Below, one piece after another: positions 1 to 10,115 of a DNA stretch of 64,000 nucleotides. Position 1 is the first letter of the stretch. Each line of letters opens with the position of its first letter. The notes below the pieces were generated by a model. It saw nothing but the letters and a program-made list of their open reading frames with translations. It was not told where the DNA came from and made no database searches. The stretch comes from an uncultured Chloroflexia bacterium. GTDB taxonomy: Bacteria > Chloroflexota > Dehalococcoidia > GIF9 > UBA5629. Location: the NCBI GenBank assembly GCA_963751585.1, contig CAVVVB010000003.1:8667-72666 (forward strand), in the 5' to 3' direction. The translations under genes and the position numbers were made by a program.

Positions 1-615
1 CTTGCCCTGAATTTCCACGTTGTCCGGAGCGGTATAGATAGGCCGCATCTGTGTGTTGGCTGGCTCCAGACGAATCCGGTCGGTCTCCCTGAACAATCTT
101 TTAAGTGTGACTTCCTTCTCTGCTTTGAGCCAGGCGGCTACCATGTCGCCATTTTCAGCGTCGCTCACGTACTCCATCAATACGATATCGCCGTCTCTTA
201 TCAGGGCGTCGATCATGGAGTTCCCCTTTACTCTGAGTGCGTAAACTCCCTGCTTACCTCGCGTCAAATCCTTGGTGATCTCTAACTGCTCCGAGGCAAC
301 CGTATCCCAGGTTTCCGTGTAAGGAACGGGGATTGGCTCGCCCGCTGCTATCTGGCCTATAATGGGGACGGACACAGTATCTCGATGGCGTCGCCGACTG
401 GTCGTAAGTTCGATACCCCGCGATATATCAGCATGACGGCGGATATGTCCTGCGGTCTCTAATCTTGCCAGATTATAGGCCACTACTGATGTAGAGCTTA
501 TGTCGCAGCCGCTAACGATATCCCTGATGGTAGGTGGATATCCATTGGCGTCAACAAACTTTCGAATAAACTCGAGGATGCGTTTCTGTTTTGGCGACAG
601 TGCTTTAGGAGTCAT
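1..615 (-). CDS. lexA: LexA repressor, C-terminal end cut by the window edge. The reverse-strand translation starts MTPKALSPKQKRILEFI... and carries the S24 peptidase region.
   Basis: My own translation of the minus strand from the ATG at 615 to the window edge: an N-terminal winged-helix region (LSPKQKRILEFIRKFVDANGYPPTIRDI) and a C-terminal S24 autopeptidase region (VKGNSMIDALIRDGDIV). The ORF is absent from the track because it has no stop within the window. Confidence 0.85.
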   Translation of the reverse strand, partial: MTPKALSPKQKRILEFIRKFVDANGYPPTIRDIVSGCDISSTSVVAYNLARLETAGHIRRHADISRGIELTTSRRRHRDTVSVPIIGQIAAGEPIPVPYTETWDTVASEQLEITKDLTRGKQGVYALRVKGNSMIDALIRDGDIVLMEYVSDAENGDMVAAWLKAEKEVTLKRLFRETDRIRLEPANTQMRPIYTAPDNVEIQGK

Positions 616-647
616 GACAAGTTATGGCGCAGTGGGATAAATATCCT

Positions 648-959
648 TCAGGCTGCTTTAGCGCGGGTCGTCTTCTTTTGACCGGTGGCGCTTGATAGTT
701 TGGCTTTATTAAGCTTTTTCATCAAGCGTGACTTGCGCCTGGCAGCTGTATTGCGGTGGATGACGCCTTTTTTTGCGGCTTTGTCGAGGGCGCTTATGGC
801 TGTTGTAACTGCTTCCTGTGCCGGTTCAAGCTCGTTGTTTGAAATTAGTTTCTCCGCTCGCACCACACGGGTGGCGGTAGCGCTCTTAACCGACTTGTTT
901 CTTAGTCGTTTCTTTTCTGCTGATCGAGCCGTTGCTTCTACTGTTTTACTTTTGGGCAA
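648..959 (-). CDS. rpsT: 30S ribosomal protein S20
   Basis: A basic protein of about 100 aa, Lys/Arg/Ala-rich, with the S20-like core AISALDKAAKKGVIHRNTAARRKSRL. Confidence 0.85.
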   Translation of the reverse strand: MPKSKTVEATARSAEKKRLRNKSVKSATATRVVRAEKLISNNELEPAQEAVTTAISALDKAAKKGVIHRNTAARRKSRLMKKLNKAKLSSATGQKKTTRAKAA

Positions 960-972
960 TAGTACCTCCTTA

Positions 973-3129
973 TTAAGAACTGAGACTGGCTTTGGCCTGG
1001 CTAGTTCTCGTGGCGCTTATAATGCCACGCAGGCCCTGGATTTTGGCCAATAACTGAGTTAACTGTGCCATGCTGGTGATTTCAATGGTAGCGAATATTG
1101 AGGTGACCTCATGGTGATATGTGCTGCTCATACTGGATATATTCACCTTGTTCTCAGCGATAACAGTAGTGACATCGCGAAGCAGGCCCACTCTATCCCA
1201 GGCATCTACCTGGATATCCACCGGATAGACGTCCTGAATCTCTCCCCAGCTTACTTCGATGAGTCGCTTCTTGTCCTCGACATTTATGACGTTTATGCAT
1301 TCCTTGCGGTGTACCGTAATTCCGTGGCTCCGAGTAATATAACCTATGATGTGGTCGCCTGGCAAGGGATTGCAGCAACGGGCTAATTGGGTAAGCAAGT
1401 CACCTACGCCTAGGACCTGAATTCCTGCCGTAGTCGTCTTTTCTGCCTTTGCGGTTTTGGTTATGTCCTTGGTTTCTTCTGGTTCCACCGCCAGCTTGAG
1501 CGCTAACTGGTGCGGAGTGACGCCGCCGTAGCCAATGGCGGCCAAAAAATCGTCGGGGTTTTCGTAGTTGAATAGACGCGCCGTTTCTTCAATGTTGGTT
1601 ATGGTTATGCCCAGCCGTTTGAGGTCTCTATCCAGAATCTGCCTGCCGCGTTCGATATTCTGTGTCCGCTCTTGTTTCTTAAACCATTGCCTGACTTTTT
1701 CTCGGGCGTGCGAGGTCTTGATAAAGCCCAAGTCAGGATTGAGCCAGTCAAGGCTGGGTCCTCTGCTGACTTTGGTGGTCATAATCTCGATGATATCGCT
1801 GTTTTTCAGCTCGTAGTTTAGCGGGACTAGTCTGCCGTTGACTTTAGCGCCTATGCAGCGATGCCCCAGCTCGGTGTGGATACGATAGGCGAAATCAAGA
1901 GGTGTGGCGCCCTTGGGCAGCGCTTTTATTTCACCTTGGGGGGTATAGACAAAGACCTGGTCGATAAAAACCTCTGTTTTTAACGATTCGAGAAATTCCT
2001 CGCTCCCGAGCTCTCCCTGCCACTCGATTAGCTGGTGTAACCAGGCAATCTTGTCTTCAAATTTTGTGTCTTCGCTGGAACCCTCCTTATAACGCCAGTG
2101 CGCGGCTATACCGAAAGCAGCCGTCCGGTGCATATCATAGGTACGGATTTGAATCTCCAGCGGAGTTGTGCCCTGGCATAATACAGTGGTGTGCAATGAT
2201 TGATATCCGTTATCTTTAGGATTAGCGATAAAGTCGTTGAACTCTTCCGGAAGCGGATGCCATAGGTTGTGGATGGCACCCAGCGCTTTGTAGCAATCCG
2301 GAATTGTGTCTACCAGCACCCGAACAGCGAACAAGTCATGAATATCGCTGAAGTCTCTGCCTTGCTCTGCATAGCGGTTAAGTTTATTGTAAATACTGTA
2401 AAAATGTTTTGGTCTGCCTATGATTTCTGCCTTTATATCGGCTTTGTCTAACTCTTGCTTCAATGTTTTAGTGATCTCGGTTATGAATGTCTCTCGCTCG
2501 GCTCGGCGAGCCGCTATCAGCCGGGCCACTTTGTGATATTGCTGTGGCTCTAGATAGCGGAAGGCTAAATCTTCCAGCTGCCATTTTATTTGCCAGATAC
2601 CAAGGCGGTGGGCTAAAGGCGCATATATCTCCAGTGTCTCCTGCGCGATGCTCCGCCGTTTTTCGGGTGACAACGCTCCAAGGGTATGCATGTTGTGTAG
2701 TCGGTCGGCCAGCTTGATGAACACCACTCTCAAGTCCGCGGCCATAGCGATCAACATTTTTCGCAGGTTTTGAGCTTGGGATTCGCGTTTGCTGGCTTCA
2801 CCGCGATGCAAAGATAGTCTGCCCAGCTTGGTAGTGCCATCAACCAGTTTGCTCACTTCCGGGCCGAACTTAGCTTCGATTTTGGACAGGGGTATTCCGC
2901 AATCTTCGGGGACATCGTGCAGCAAAGCTGCGGCCAAGGTAGCAGCGTCAAGCTGGAGGTCAGCTAGCGTGATAGCCGTCTGTAATGGGTGTTCCATATA
3001 AGGATCGCCAGACTTTCGCAGCTGCCCCTTATGGGCATTCAGAGCAAAGTCGTAGGCTGACTCAATTAGAGCAATTTTGCCTGCAGGCATATATTCTTTG
3101 GCTTTTTCTATGAGGGCACCGGCGTCCAT
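973..3129 (-). CDS. rel: Bifunctional (p)ppGpp synthetase/hydrolase, RelA/SpoT family
   Basis: 718 aa. An N-terminal HD hydrolase region (HDVPEDCG), a RelA/SpoT synthetase domain, and TGS and C-terminal ACT-like regions are all recognisable in the translation. Confidence 0.95.
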   Translation of the reverse strand: MDAGALIEKAKEYMPAGKIALIESAYDFALNAHKGQLRKSGDPYMEHPLQTAITLADLQLDAATLAAALLHDVPEDCGIPLSKIEAKFGPEVSKLVDGTTKLGRLSLHRGEASKRESQAQNLRKMLIAMAADLRVVFIKLADRLHNMHTLGALSPEKRRSIAQETLEIYAPLAHRLGIWQIKWQLEDLAFRYLEPQQYHKVARLIAARRAERETFITEITKTLKQELDKADIKAEIIGRPKHFYSIYNKLNRYAEQGRDFSDIHDLFAVRVLVDTIPDCYKALGAIHNLWHPLPEEFNDFIANPKDNGYQSLHTTVLCQGTTPLEIQIRTYDMHRTAAFGIAAHWRYKEGSSEDTKFEDKIAWLHQLIEWQGELGSEEFLESLKTEVFIDQVFVYTPQGEIKALPKGATPLDFAYRIHTELGHRCIGAKVNGRLVPLNYELKNSDIIEIMTTKVSRGPSLDWLNPDLGFIKTSHAREKVRQWFKKQERTQNIERGRQILDRDLKRLGITITNIEETARLFNYENPDDFLAAIGYGGVTPHQLALKLAVEPEETKDITKTAKAEKTTTAGIQVLGVGDLLTQLARCCNPLPGDHIIGYITRSHGITVHRKECINVINVEDKKRLIEVSWGEIQDVYPVDIQVDAWDRVGLLRDVTTVIAENKVNISSMSSTYHHEVTSIFATIEITSMAQLTQLLAKIQGLRGIISATRTSQAKASLSS

Positions 3130-3246
3130 CTCAACCCCCGCTATGCTAGTTATGATAATGCAAACAAAGGAGCAGATGCAAATATGAATACATGGCGGTT
3201 AGCTTCACTTAGGAGCCTACTCTACCATCGCCCAACAGCCCGCTCT

Positions 3247-3296
3247 TGACAATATCAACTATTGGATTATATACTTTGTTGAGTATAATACTCAAC
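3247..3296 (+). promoter_or_regulatory. Promoter region of the rrf2-cysK-cysE operon overlapped by a perfect 11-bp-arm palindrome (candidate Rrf2/CymR operator)
   Basis: cTTGACAatatcaactattggattaTATACT, followed by TTGTTGAGTAT-A-ATACTCAACAA (3273-3295), lies 17 bp upstream of the regulator gene start. Confidence 0.55.
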
Positions 3297-3312
3297 AAGG
3301 CGAGGCATAGCT

Positions 3313-3756
3313 ATGAAGATTTCTACCAGGGGGCGGTATGGCACCAGGCTGCTTTTGGATCTGGCACTGCACAACGGCCAGGGGCCGATTCCATTGAAGG
3401 AGATTGCTGAGCGGCAGCAGATTTCACTTCTGTATTTGGAGCGTTTGGTTGCTCCGCTGATAGCTGCTGGACTGATAAGGAGCACCCGAGGCGCCCGTGG
3501 CGGAATCTGGCTCGCCAGATCTCCGGAAACGATAAGACTTAGCGAAATAGTTGGTCTACTTGAGGGCTCAGTTGGGCCGGTTGATTGCGTTAATGACCGC
3601 CAGGCTTGTCCTCGTTCTGATCTTTGTGTTACCCGTGATATATGGGTGGAACTAAAACAAGCAATGGATGGAGTCTTGGAATCGAGGACTTTGCGTGATC
3701 TGGTAGATATGCAAAAGAAGAGAGACCAGGTGGGCATGGTCATGTATGACATCTGA
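3313..3756 (+). CDS. Rrf2-family transcriptional regulator (CymR/IscR-like), probable repressor of the downstream cysteine/methionine genes
   Basis: 147 aa with an N-terminal Rrf2 HTH (MKISTRGRYGTRLLLDLALH...IAERQQISLLYLERL). It sits directly upstream of cysK and cysE. Confidence 0.85.
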   Translation: MKISTRGRYGTRLLLDLALHNGQGPIPLKEIAERQQISLLYLERLVAPLIAAGLIRSTRGARGGIWLARSPETIRLSEIVGLLEGSVGPVDCVNDRQACPRSDLCVTRDIWVELKQAMDGVLESRTLRDLVDMQKKRDQVGMVMYDI

Positions 3757-3809
3757 GCCAACAATAGGTTCGGTGTTTAACGTATCTATAAAAGTCGGGA
3801 GATGAGAGA

Positions 3810-4739
3810 ATGGCAAAAATAGCTAAAGACATTACAGGACTTATAGGCAATACTCCGCTGGTCAGATTAAATCGGATAACCAGAGGTGCTGAGGCTGAAG
3901 TTGTAGCCAAGCTTGAGTTCTTCAATCCTTGCAGCAGTGTCAAGGACCGCATTGCGGTAGCCATGATAATGGCTGCTGAAGAGCAGGGTCTGATAGAAAA
4001 GGATACGGTCATAATCGAACCCACCAGTGGCAACACTGGTATCGCTCTGGCATCTGTGTGTGCCTCGCGTGGCTACCGGTTGATATTGACTATGCCGGAA
4101 ACGATGTCAGCAGAACGGAGGCATATTCTGTCTATCTTCGGTGCTGAACTGATGCTAACACCTGGCAGTGAAGGTATGCCTGGAGCAATACGGAAAGCAG
4201 AGCTACTGGTAGCCGAAAACAAAAATTATTACATGCCGCAACAATTCAAAAACCCGGCAAATCCAAAAATTCACCGCGAGACCACGGCTGAGGAGATTTG
4301 GAAAAACACCGATGGCAAGGTGGATATTCTGGTGGCAGGTGTTGGAACCGGCGGTACCATTACCGGCGTGGCTGAGGCAATAAAACAAAAAAAGCCAGGA
4401 TTCAAAGCTATTGCTGTTGAGCCAGCTGACTCACCGGTTCTCTCCGGCGGCAAGCCTGGCTCGCATAAGATCCAGGGTATCGGGGCAGGTTTTATCCCTG
4501 AGGTAATGAGGCTGGACTTAGTTGATGAAATCATTAAGGTTACCAACGACGACGCCGGTGCCATGGCCAGAAGTTTAGCCAGAGAAGAGGGGATACTGGC
4601 TGGGATATCATCCGGCGCCGCGGCCTGGGCGGCTATTGAGGTTGCTGCAAGGGCCGAAAACAAGGGAAAGCTTATTGTGGTCATCTTGCCTGACACGGGC
4701 GAGCGTTACATATCCACCTGGCTTTTTCAGGGTCTGTGA
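3810..4739 (+). CDS. cysK: Cysteine synthase A (O-acetylserine sulfhydrylase)
   Basis: 309 aa PLP enzyme with PLP-lysine context SVKDRIA, the [10 protein letters not shown] loop and a GTGGTITG glycine-rich loop. Confidence 0.9.
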   Translation: MAKIAKDITGLIGNTPLVRLNRITRGAEAEVVAKLEFFNPCSSVKDRIAVAMIMAAEEQGLIEKDTVIIEPTSGNTGIALASVCASRGYRLILTMPETMSAERRHILSIFGAELMLTPGSEGMPGAIRKAELLVAENKNYYMPQQFKNPANPKIHRETTAEEIWKNTDGKVDILVAGVGTGGTITGVAEAIKQKKPGFKAIAVEPADSPVLSGGKPGSHKIQGIGAGFIPEVMRLDLVDEIIKVTNDDAGAMARSLAREEGILAGISSGAAAWAAIEVAARAENKGKLIVVILPDTGERYISTWLFQGL

Positions 4740-4780
4740 TCTGATTGGTTAAGAATTGAGATTGTGGAGAAACGGCTATC

Positions 4781-5497
4781 TTGTTTAAAGCATTGAGAGA
4801 GGACATTCGAACCGTATTTGCAAAGGATCCGGCGGCAAGAAACGCAGCGGAGGTTGTCCTGTTCTATCCCGGGCTGCATGCTGTGTGGTTTCATCGCCTG
4901 GCTCACTTTTTGTGGCGGCATAAGCTGCGCCTTCTAGCTCGTTTTGTTTCGCATCTCAGCCGTTTTCTAACCGGCATCGAAATTCACCCCGGAGCCAGGA
5001 TCGGCAGGAGGTTATTTATCGACCATGGTGCCGGCGTGGTAATCGGCGAGACGGCTGAAATAGGGGATGATGTGTTGATGTACCAGGGGGCTGTGTTGGG
5101 AGGGACCAGCCTAGAAAGGGAAAAACGCCATCCTACCGTCGGGGATAATGTGGTGATAGGTACTGGAGCCGTAGCTTTAGGTGCTATTACCATAGGCAAC
5201 GGTGCCAGAATCGGTTCTGGTTCGGTAGTGGTAAGGCCGGTACCGGCGGGAGCCACAGTAGTCGGAATCCCGGGAAGGGTGGTCGAAGATGGCCATGCTC
5301 CGCTGGGAAGTCTTGAGCATGGGAAGTTGCCCGATCCGGTGGCAGAAGCCATCAGGCTTGTCCTGAGAAAACAGGATTTGTTGGAGGCACGACTTAGAAA
5401 ACTGGAGGGCTCGGGCGACATAGAAGTTTTCGAAGATGAACTGGAAAAGGTAAAGGCTAGAATCGTGAGTGAATTCAGTGAAGGAGGTGGCATATGA
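4781..5497 (+). CDS. cysE: Serine O-acetyltransferase. The start is probably TTG at 4781.
   Basis: N-terminal SATase helical domain ([33 protein letters not shown]) followed by left-handed beta-helix hexapeptide repeats ([21 protein letters not shown]). Confidence 0.85.
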   Translation: MFKALREDIRTVFAKDPAARNAAEVVLFYPGLHAVWFHRLAHFLWRHKLRLLARFVSHLSRFLTGIEIHPGARIGRRLFIDHGAGVVIGETAEIGDDVLMYQGAVLGGTSLEREKRHPTVGDNVVIGTGAVALGAITIGNGARIGSGSVVVRPVPAGATVVGIPGRVVEDGHAPLGSLEHGKLPDPVAEAIRLVLRKQDLLEARLRKLEGSGDIEVFEDELEKVKARIVSEFSEGGGI

Positions 5498-6636
5498 GGT
5501 TTGAAACTCTGGCCATTCATGCCGGGGAAAGACCGGACAAGGCATTCGGTGCCATGTCGGTGCCCATATATCAGACGTCGACATTCGCCTTTGAGGATGT
5601 GGGCAAGACGAGAGGCTATGACTACTCACGCACCTCCAATCCAACGAGAAAAGTTCTGGAGGATACCATCGCCGCATTGGAAGGTGGGAAGGCCGGATTT
5701 GCCTTCGCTACCGGCATGGCCGCTGAGACCACAGTGGCGCATCTTTTGAAGGCGGGCGACCATGTGATTTCGAGCGACGATGTCTATGGGGGAACGTACA
5801 GACTGTTTCAAAATGTGATGTGCGACCTGGGGTTGGAATTTACTTTTCTCAGGATGAACACCAGGCAGGCTGTGGAACGCGCCATAAAACCAAATACCAG
5901 GATGATATGGATAGAGACCCCTTCTAATCCGTTGCTCAATATTACCGACCTGGAGATGGTAGTTGACATTGCCAACAAGCATGGCATCTTGACGGTTATA
6001 GATAATACCTTCGCCACTCCTTATTTCCTTAGACCTATAGAATATGGGGTTGACCTGGTCGTGCATTCCACTACCAAGTATCTGAATGGACATTGTGATG
6101 TTGTCGGTGGTGCTGTAGTAACCACCACCGATGAATTGACCGAGAAGGTCCAGTTTCTGCTCAACGCTATGGGCACCTGTGCCTCGCCTTTCGATTGTTG
6201 GCTGGTGCTTCGTGGTATAGAGACGTTGCCTATAAGGATGGAAAGGCACGAGGAAAATGCTTCGGCTGTGGCGAACTACCTTCAGAAGCACAAAGCCGTC
6301 CGCAAGGTGTTTTATCCCGGAATCAAGTCTCATCCCGGACATGATATAGCCAGAAGGCAGATGAAAGGATTTGGAGGTGTGGTTTCCTTCGAATTAAAGG
6401 GCGGTTTGGAAGCAGCCAGTAGCTTTCTGCGAAAGTTAATGGTGTTCTCCATTGCGGAATCGCTGGGTGGGGCTACCTCCCTGGCTGAGCATCCGGCAAC
6501 GATGAGTCATGCCTCGATGCCATCTGAATACAAGGCCAAAATAGGTATAGGTGATGACCTGATACGATTATCAGTGGGCCTGGAGAATATTGAGGACTTG
6601 ATTGCTGATTTGGCAGAGGCTTTGAAGCCAGAATGA
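5494..6636 (+). CDS. Cys/Met-metabolism PLP-dependent enzyme (cystathionine gamma-synthase / beta-lyase / gamma-lyase family)
   Basis: 380 aa. The N-terminus [11 protein letters not shown] and a conserved PLP-lysine region (STTKYLNGH) match this family. Its start overlaps the cysE stop, so the two are in one operon. Confidence 0.85.
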   Translation: MRFETLAIHAGERPDKAFGAMSVPIYQTSTFAFEDVGKTRGYDYSRTSNPTRKVLEDTIAALEGGKAGFAFATGMAAETTVAHLLKAGDHVISSDDVYGGTYRLFQNVMCDLGLEFTFLRMNTRQAVERAIKPNTRMIWIETPSNPLLNITDLEMVVDIANKHGILTVIDNTFATPYFLRPIEYGVDLVVHSTTKYLNGHCDVVGGAVVTTTDELTEKVQFLLNAMGTCASPFDCWLVLRGIETLPIRMERHEENASAVANYLQKHKAVRKVFYPGIKSHPGHDIARRQMKGFGGVVSFELKGGLEAASSFLRKLMVFSIAESLGGATSLAEHPATMSHASMPSEYKAKIGIGDDLIRLSVGLENIEDLIADLAEALKPE

Positions 6637-6747
6637 ATACCCAGTTGAGTGAGCTTCACCAAATTTTCATAAAGGGTTCATAATGTTTTCATAATCACTT
6701 GCTAATATTCCAGAATTACGCAAAGACGGAAACGAAGGGAGTAGTGA

Positions 6748-7938
6748 ATGAAGTTATATCAAGTAGTTATAAAAGATGTTATGCGGAGAAAAAAGCGTGT
6801 GTTATACGCTACTCTGGGTGTTGTCATTGGAACGGCGACGGTTGTCGGCATACTAACTGTTGCCGTTGCCGGACAGGCTAGAATCTATAATCAGCTAGAG
6901 AAATATGGTCCCAATTTGACAGTCTTACCGGCAATAAGCAATCTGGATATGAAGCTGGGGGACATGAGTCTTGGGACATTGACCGTCGGCGATAACTACG
7001 TTTCGGAAGAGAAAATACCGGAAATTAGGCAGATAGCTGACAGTGAAATCAGAAGGGTGATGAAGATTGATGACCAGGGAGACATCGCTACCATTGCCCC
7101 AAACCTGTATATCGACACCAAGGTTGGTGACCTGTCGGTGATGGTAGTCGGGATAAAGCCAGAAGAGGAAGTCAAAATCAAGACATGGTGGAAGGTTCAC
7201 GAAGGTGAATTTCTTAAAGGCAAGGATCAGGCTCTGGTTGGCGCCGTCGCTGCTGAGATATTGAAGCTGAAAGTAGGCGACAGCGTCCCGCTCAACGGAA
7301 ACAATGTAACGGTTACCGGTATTCTTGAAGAAACAGGATCCAATGATGACTATCAAATATTTGTTCCCATAGAGACTCTGCAGAAGGCTTTCGGCAAGGA
7401 GGGGTTAGTTTCCTCAATCGATGTTCGGGCTCTTTGTAACTCATGCCCTGTGGAAACCATAGCTAGCGAAATAAATACGAATATCCCCGGCATTCGGGCA
7501 GTCGCGGTAAAACAGATAGCAGAGACCGAAATGGGAATGGTGGAAAAAATGAGCAAATTTCTGTTGGGTTTAGCCGGCATCACCCTTGCCGTGGGCTTGT
7601 TTGGGGTAGTCAATACGATGATGACTTCGGTCCATGAAAGGATCAAGGATATCGGCATAATGAGAGCTGTCGGGGCATCACGCGGTCAGATAGTCAAGGT
7701 CTTTATCTACGAAGCCATCATTATCGGAATAATTGGCGGCATTATCGGATATGTTGTAGGAACATTGTTGGCCCATGGCATTGGCCCTCTCCTCTTTGAG
7801 GGGACAACTGTTGCCTACGTTCCTCAGTACTTCCCCTTGGCACTGGCTCTGGCTGTCGTCGTCGCTGCTGTAGCAACTGTATATCCAGCACTTCGCGCAA
7901 CGAGGATCAAAGTTGCCGATTCCTTCAGGTCTTTATGA
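6748..7938 (+). CDS. ABC transporter permease, FtsX/MacB-like, with a large extracytoplasmic domain
   Basis: 396 aa. An N-terminal TM helix, a periplasmic domain of about 220 aa, then a C-terminal FtsX 3-TM bundle (GIMRAVGASRGQI...). Confidence 0.8.
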   Translation: MKLYQVVIKDVMRRKKRVLYATLGVVIGTATVVGILTVAVAGQARIYNQLEKYGPNLTVLPAISNLDMKLGDMSLGTLTVGDNYVSEEKIPEIRQIADSEIRRVMKIDDQGDIATIAPNLYIDTKVGDLSVMVVGIKPEEEVKIKTWWKVHEGEFLKGKDQALVGAVAAEILKLKVGDSVPLNGNNVTVTGILEETGSNDDYQIFVPIETLQKAFGKEGLVSSIDVRALCNSCPVETIASEINTNIPGIRAVAVKQIAETEMGMVEKMSKFLLGLAGITLAVGLFGVVNTMMTSVHERIKDIGIMRAVGASRGQIVKVFIYEAIIIGIIGGIIGYVVGTLLAHGIGPLLFEGTTVAYVPQYFPLALALAVVVAAVATVYPALRATRIKVADSFRSL

Positions 7939-7948
7939 GGTGACTGAA

Positions 7949-8641
7949 ATGTTAGAAATCAGAGAAATATCGAAAATTTACGGCGAGGACATTGGCCGAG
8001 TGGTTGCCCTCGATAAGGTTTCCCTTCAGGTAGACAAGGGTAATTTTATGGCTATCATGGGGCCTTCTGGCAGCGGTAAGAGCACCTTGTTGAATATCAT
8101 TGGTGGCCTTGATCGTCCCTCGAGCGGCGAGGTTATCTTGGAAGGTGAACGCATTGACGATCTGGATGAGAATGCGTTAGTCGACATCAGAAGGGGAAAA
8201 ATTGCTTATGTTTTTCAGCAGTATCATCTGCTCCCATCCCTCACTGCTCTGGAAAATGTGCTTCTGCCCCTGGTGTTTTGCGGAGCCAAGATTCAGGAAA
8301 ACAAGGCATTAGAAATATTGGAAAGGGTTGGTTTGGGGAAGAGGACAGGGCATAAGCCCAGCCAATTGAGCGGCGGAGAACAGCAGAGGGTGGCCATCGC
8401 CAGAGCTTTGGTCGGCTCACCGTCGCTTATCCTTGCAGATGAGCCGACAGGTAATATGGACCGGAGAACCGGAGGAGAAATTATGAGTTTGTTTACCCAA
8501 CTGCATGAGGAAGGCCACGGCATCATTATGGTTACTCACGATACTGAAGTAGCCGGCTTTGCCAACGCAATTATAGTCCTTCAAGACGGACAGATTGTCG
8601 ACGAAATCAGTAAAAAAACAAGGAGGCGACCAAGGAAATGA
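7949..8641 (+). CDS. ABC transporter ATP-binding protein (MacB/LolD type)
   Basis: Walker [10 protein letters not shown], the signature [15 protein letters not shown] and Walker B ILADEPTG. The RBS-supported ATG at 7949 is preferred over the track start at 7913. Confidence 0.9.
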   Translation: MLEIREISKIYGEDIGRVVALDKVSLQVDKGNFMAIMGPSGSGKSTLLNIIGGLDRPSSGEVILEGERIDDLDENALVDIRRGKIAYVFQQYHLLPSLTALENVLLPLVFCGAKIQENKALEILERVGLGKRTGHKPSQLSGGEQQRVAIARALVGSPSLILADEPTGNMDRRTGGEIMSLFTQLHEEGHGIIMVTHDTEVAGFANAIIVLQDGQIVDEISKKTRRRPRK

Positions 8642-9321
8642 GGAACAAAACCAAACAAATTGTAATCATCACCTTAGCCTGTCTGGCTGTTGCGGGACTG
8701 GCGCTGTCCTGCAGCAGCCAGAATAAGCTTGGTGTACGGCCGGGGACGGAAGAAGCCGTGCCGGCAACGTTCCAGTTATCCGGCCTATCGATTACTCCGA
8801 CAGAAGCTGCTGCCCACGAACAGATATTCATTACTGCTGACGCCACAAATGTGGGCACAGTTGATGATTTCTATGAGGCACGACTCAAGATAAATAATTC
8901 CATCGAGTTCTCGAATAAAGTGACGATACCTGCTGGACAGACACAGACTTTAACCTTCGCGGTATCCAAGGAGCAAGCCGGTACTTACCAAGTCAGTCTT
9001 GGCGACCTTGTTGGCCAGTTTGTGGTGGCTGAGCCGGTAGCGACACGGCCTTATAATCAGATATCTGCCATTTCTGGACTAGCCAGTGGTAGTTGCTGCG
9101 GTATCGGCAATCAGACATCTCCCGCGATTGGACAGGCCAGTGGAGGTTGCTGCGGTATCGGTAATCAGACATCTCCCGCGATTGGACAGGCCGGTGGAGG
9201 TTGCTGCGGTATCGGCAATCAGACATCTCCCGCGATTGGACAGGCCGGTGGAGGTTGTTGTGGAACAGGGGCTCAGAGTAATCCCGTAACCCCACGTCGT
9301 AGCTGTTGTGGTGGCGGATAG
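8638..9321 (+). CDS. Secreted protein with a signal peptide, a CARDB-like beta-sandwich domain and a C-terminal tandem Cys-rich repeat tail
   Basis: Hydrophobic signal (IVIITLACLAVAGLALSCSS). The CARDB-like segment reads ITPTEAAAHEQIFITADATNVGTVDDFYEARLKINN. The tail is three 20-aa repeats (GGCCGIGNQTSPAIGQAG) ending SCCGGG, encoded by a 60-bp x3 DNA tandem repeat. Confidence 0.6.
   Translation: MRNKTKQIVIITLACLAVAGLALSCSSQNKLGVRPGTEEAVPATFQLSGLSITPTEAAAHEQIFITADATNVGTVDDFYEARLKINNSIEFSNKVTIPAGQTQTLTFAVSKEQAGTYQVSLGDLVGQFVVAEPVATRPYNQISAISGLASGSCCGIGNQTSPAIGQASGGCCGIGNQTSPAIGQAGGGCCGIGNQTSPAIGQAGGGCCGTGAQSNPVTPRRSCCGGG
9086..9265 (+). repeat. Perfect or near-perfect 60-bp direct tandem repeat (x3) inside the 8638..9321 CDS
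   Basis: The unit ggttgctgcggtatcggcaatcagacatctcccgcgattggacaggccggtgga is seen three times head to tail. It also generates artefactual long ORFs in other frames and on the opposite strand. Confidence 0.85.
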
Positions 9322-9424
9322 AGATACATAATGCAGAAAAAGGAGTTTGCGCATGCACATTTGAAATGGCTCGCCGTTAGAATAAGTTAATATTTACTAT
9401 GAATAAACAAGGAGGGAATAACTC

Positions 9425-10006
9425 ATGTTAAAGAAAATCGTAATAGGGGTAGCGGCATTGATGCTGATGTTGGCAGCTGTCGCCTGCGCTAATTCAGCTT
9501 CGGCGCCGGCACCTGCGGCCACACCGCCATCAGTAACTTCACCTGTAGCTACATCCAGCCCCGCTCAGACACCCAATGCCGCAGCAACGCCTGTTCCTAA
9601 GCCATCGGGCCCCATAAAGGCTACATTGATCGAGCCTCAGGTTAACGGCGATTCTGTCTCTATTTCATTGAGTGATATCCAGAAAGACTGGAATACTCAG
9701 TTCGCCGTGAATACAAACAATGGCAAGATGAACTTCATGGCGTACGTATTGAATAATAAAGTCTACGTCAGGGCAGATCTTTGCCCGCCGTGCCGTTCGA
9801 TAGGCTATTCACTGGACGGAAACACGCTGGTGTGCGACAGATGTGCCACTACTTTCAAAGCCGATACGGGCAATGGCATTCAAGGAGCTTGTGTTAATTA
9901 CCCCAAAGCACTGGTACCGTATGAAATCGTCGACGGCAACGTCATCATGAAGCAGGCTGATCTTGCGCTTGCCTACGAGAACACCTTGACGCCCGGCTGG
10001 CCTTAA
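9425..10006 (+). CDS. Lipoprotein with a Pro/Ala/Thr-rich linker and a C-terminal Cys4 zinc-ribbon-like domain (possibly DUF2318-like)
   Basis: Lipobox LAAVACAN, a low-complexity PAPAATPPSVTSPVATSSPAQTP linker, then the C-terminal CPPCRS...CDRC motif plus further Cys residues. Confidence 0.5.
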   Translation: MLKKIVIGVAALMLMLAAVACANSASAPAPAATPPSVTSPVATSSPAQTPNAAATPVPKPSGPIKATLIEPQVNGDSVSISLSDIQKDWNTQFAVNTNNGKMNFMAYVLNNKVYVRADLCPPCRSIGYSLDGNTLVCDRCATTFKADTGNGIQGACVNYPKALVPYEIVDGNVIMKQADLALAYENTLTPGWP

Positions 10007-10115
10007 AAATAGAACTGGTAAGATTAGTGACGGGCTATCCGTATAGCCAGGAACGGGTAGCCCATCCGCTAATCTTAACTAGATAGGAATCTTGCGTATT
10101 TAGGAGGTTTGTGAT

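Noticed and set aside
53-244. 63-aa plus-strand ORF at the window start
   Set aside because: It lies antisense to and inside the lexA coding sequence, which has a coherent LexA translation on the minus strand.
3267-3764. 165-aa minus-strand ORF covering the rrf2 gene
   Set aside because: It lies antisense to a well-supported Rrf2 regulator CDS. It has no RBS and a low-complexity, Ser/Arg-rich translation typical of the antisense frames of GC-rich genes.
8993-9360. Three overlapping ORFs (8993..9358 -, 9079..9360 -, 9086..9289 +) with internally repeated peptides
   Set aside because: They are generated by the 60-bp x3 tandem repeat being stop-free in several frames. The CARDB protein frame (8638..9321) has the signal peptide, RBS context and domain logic.
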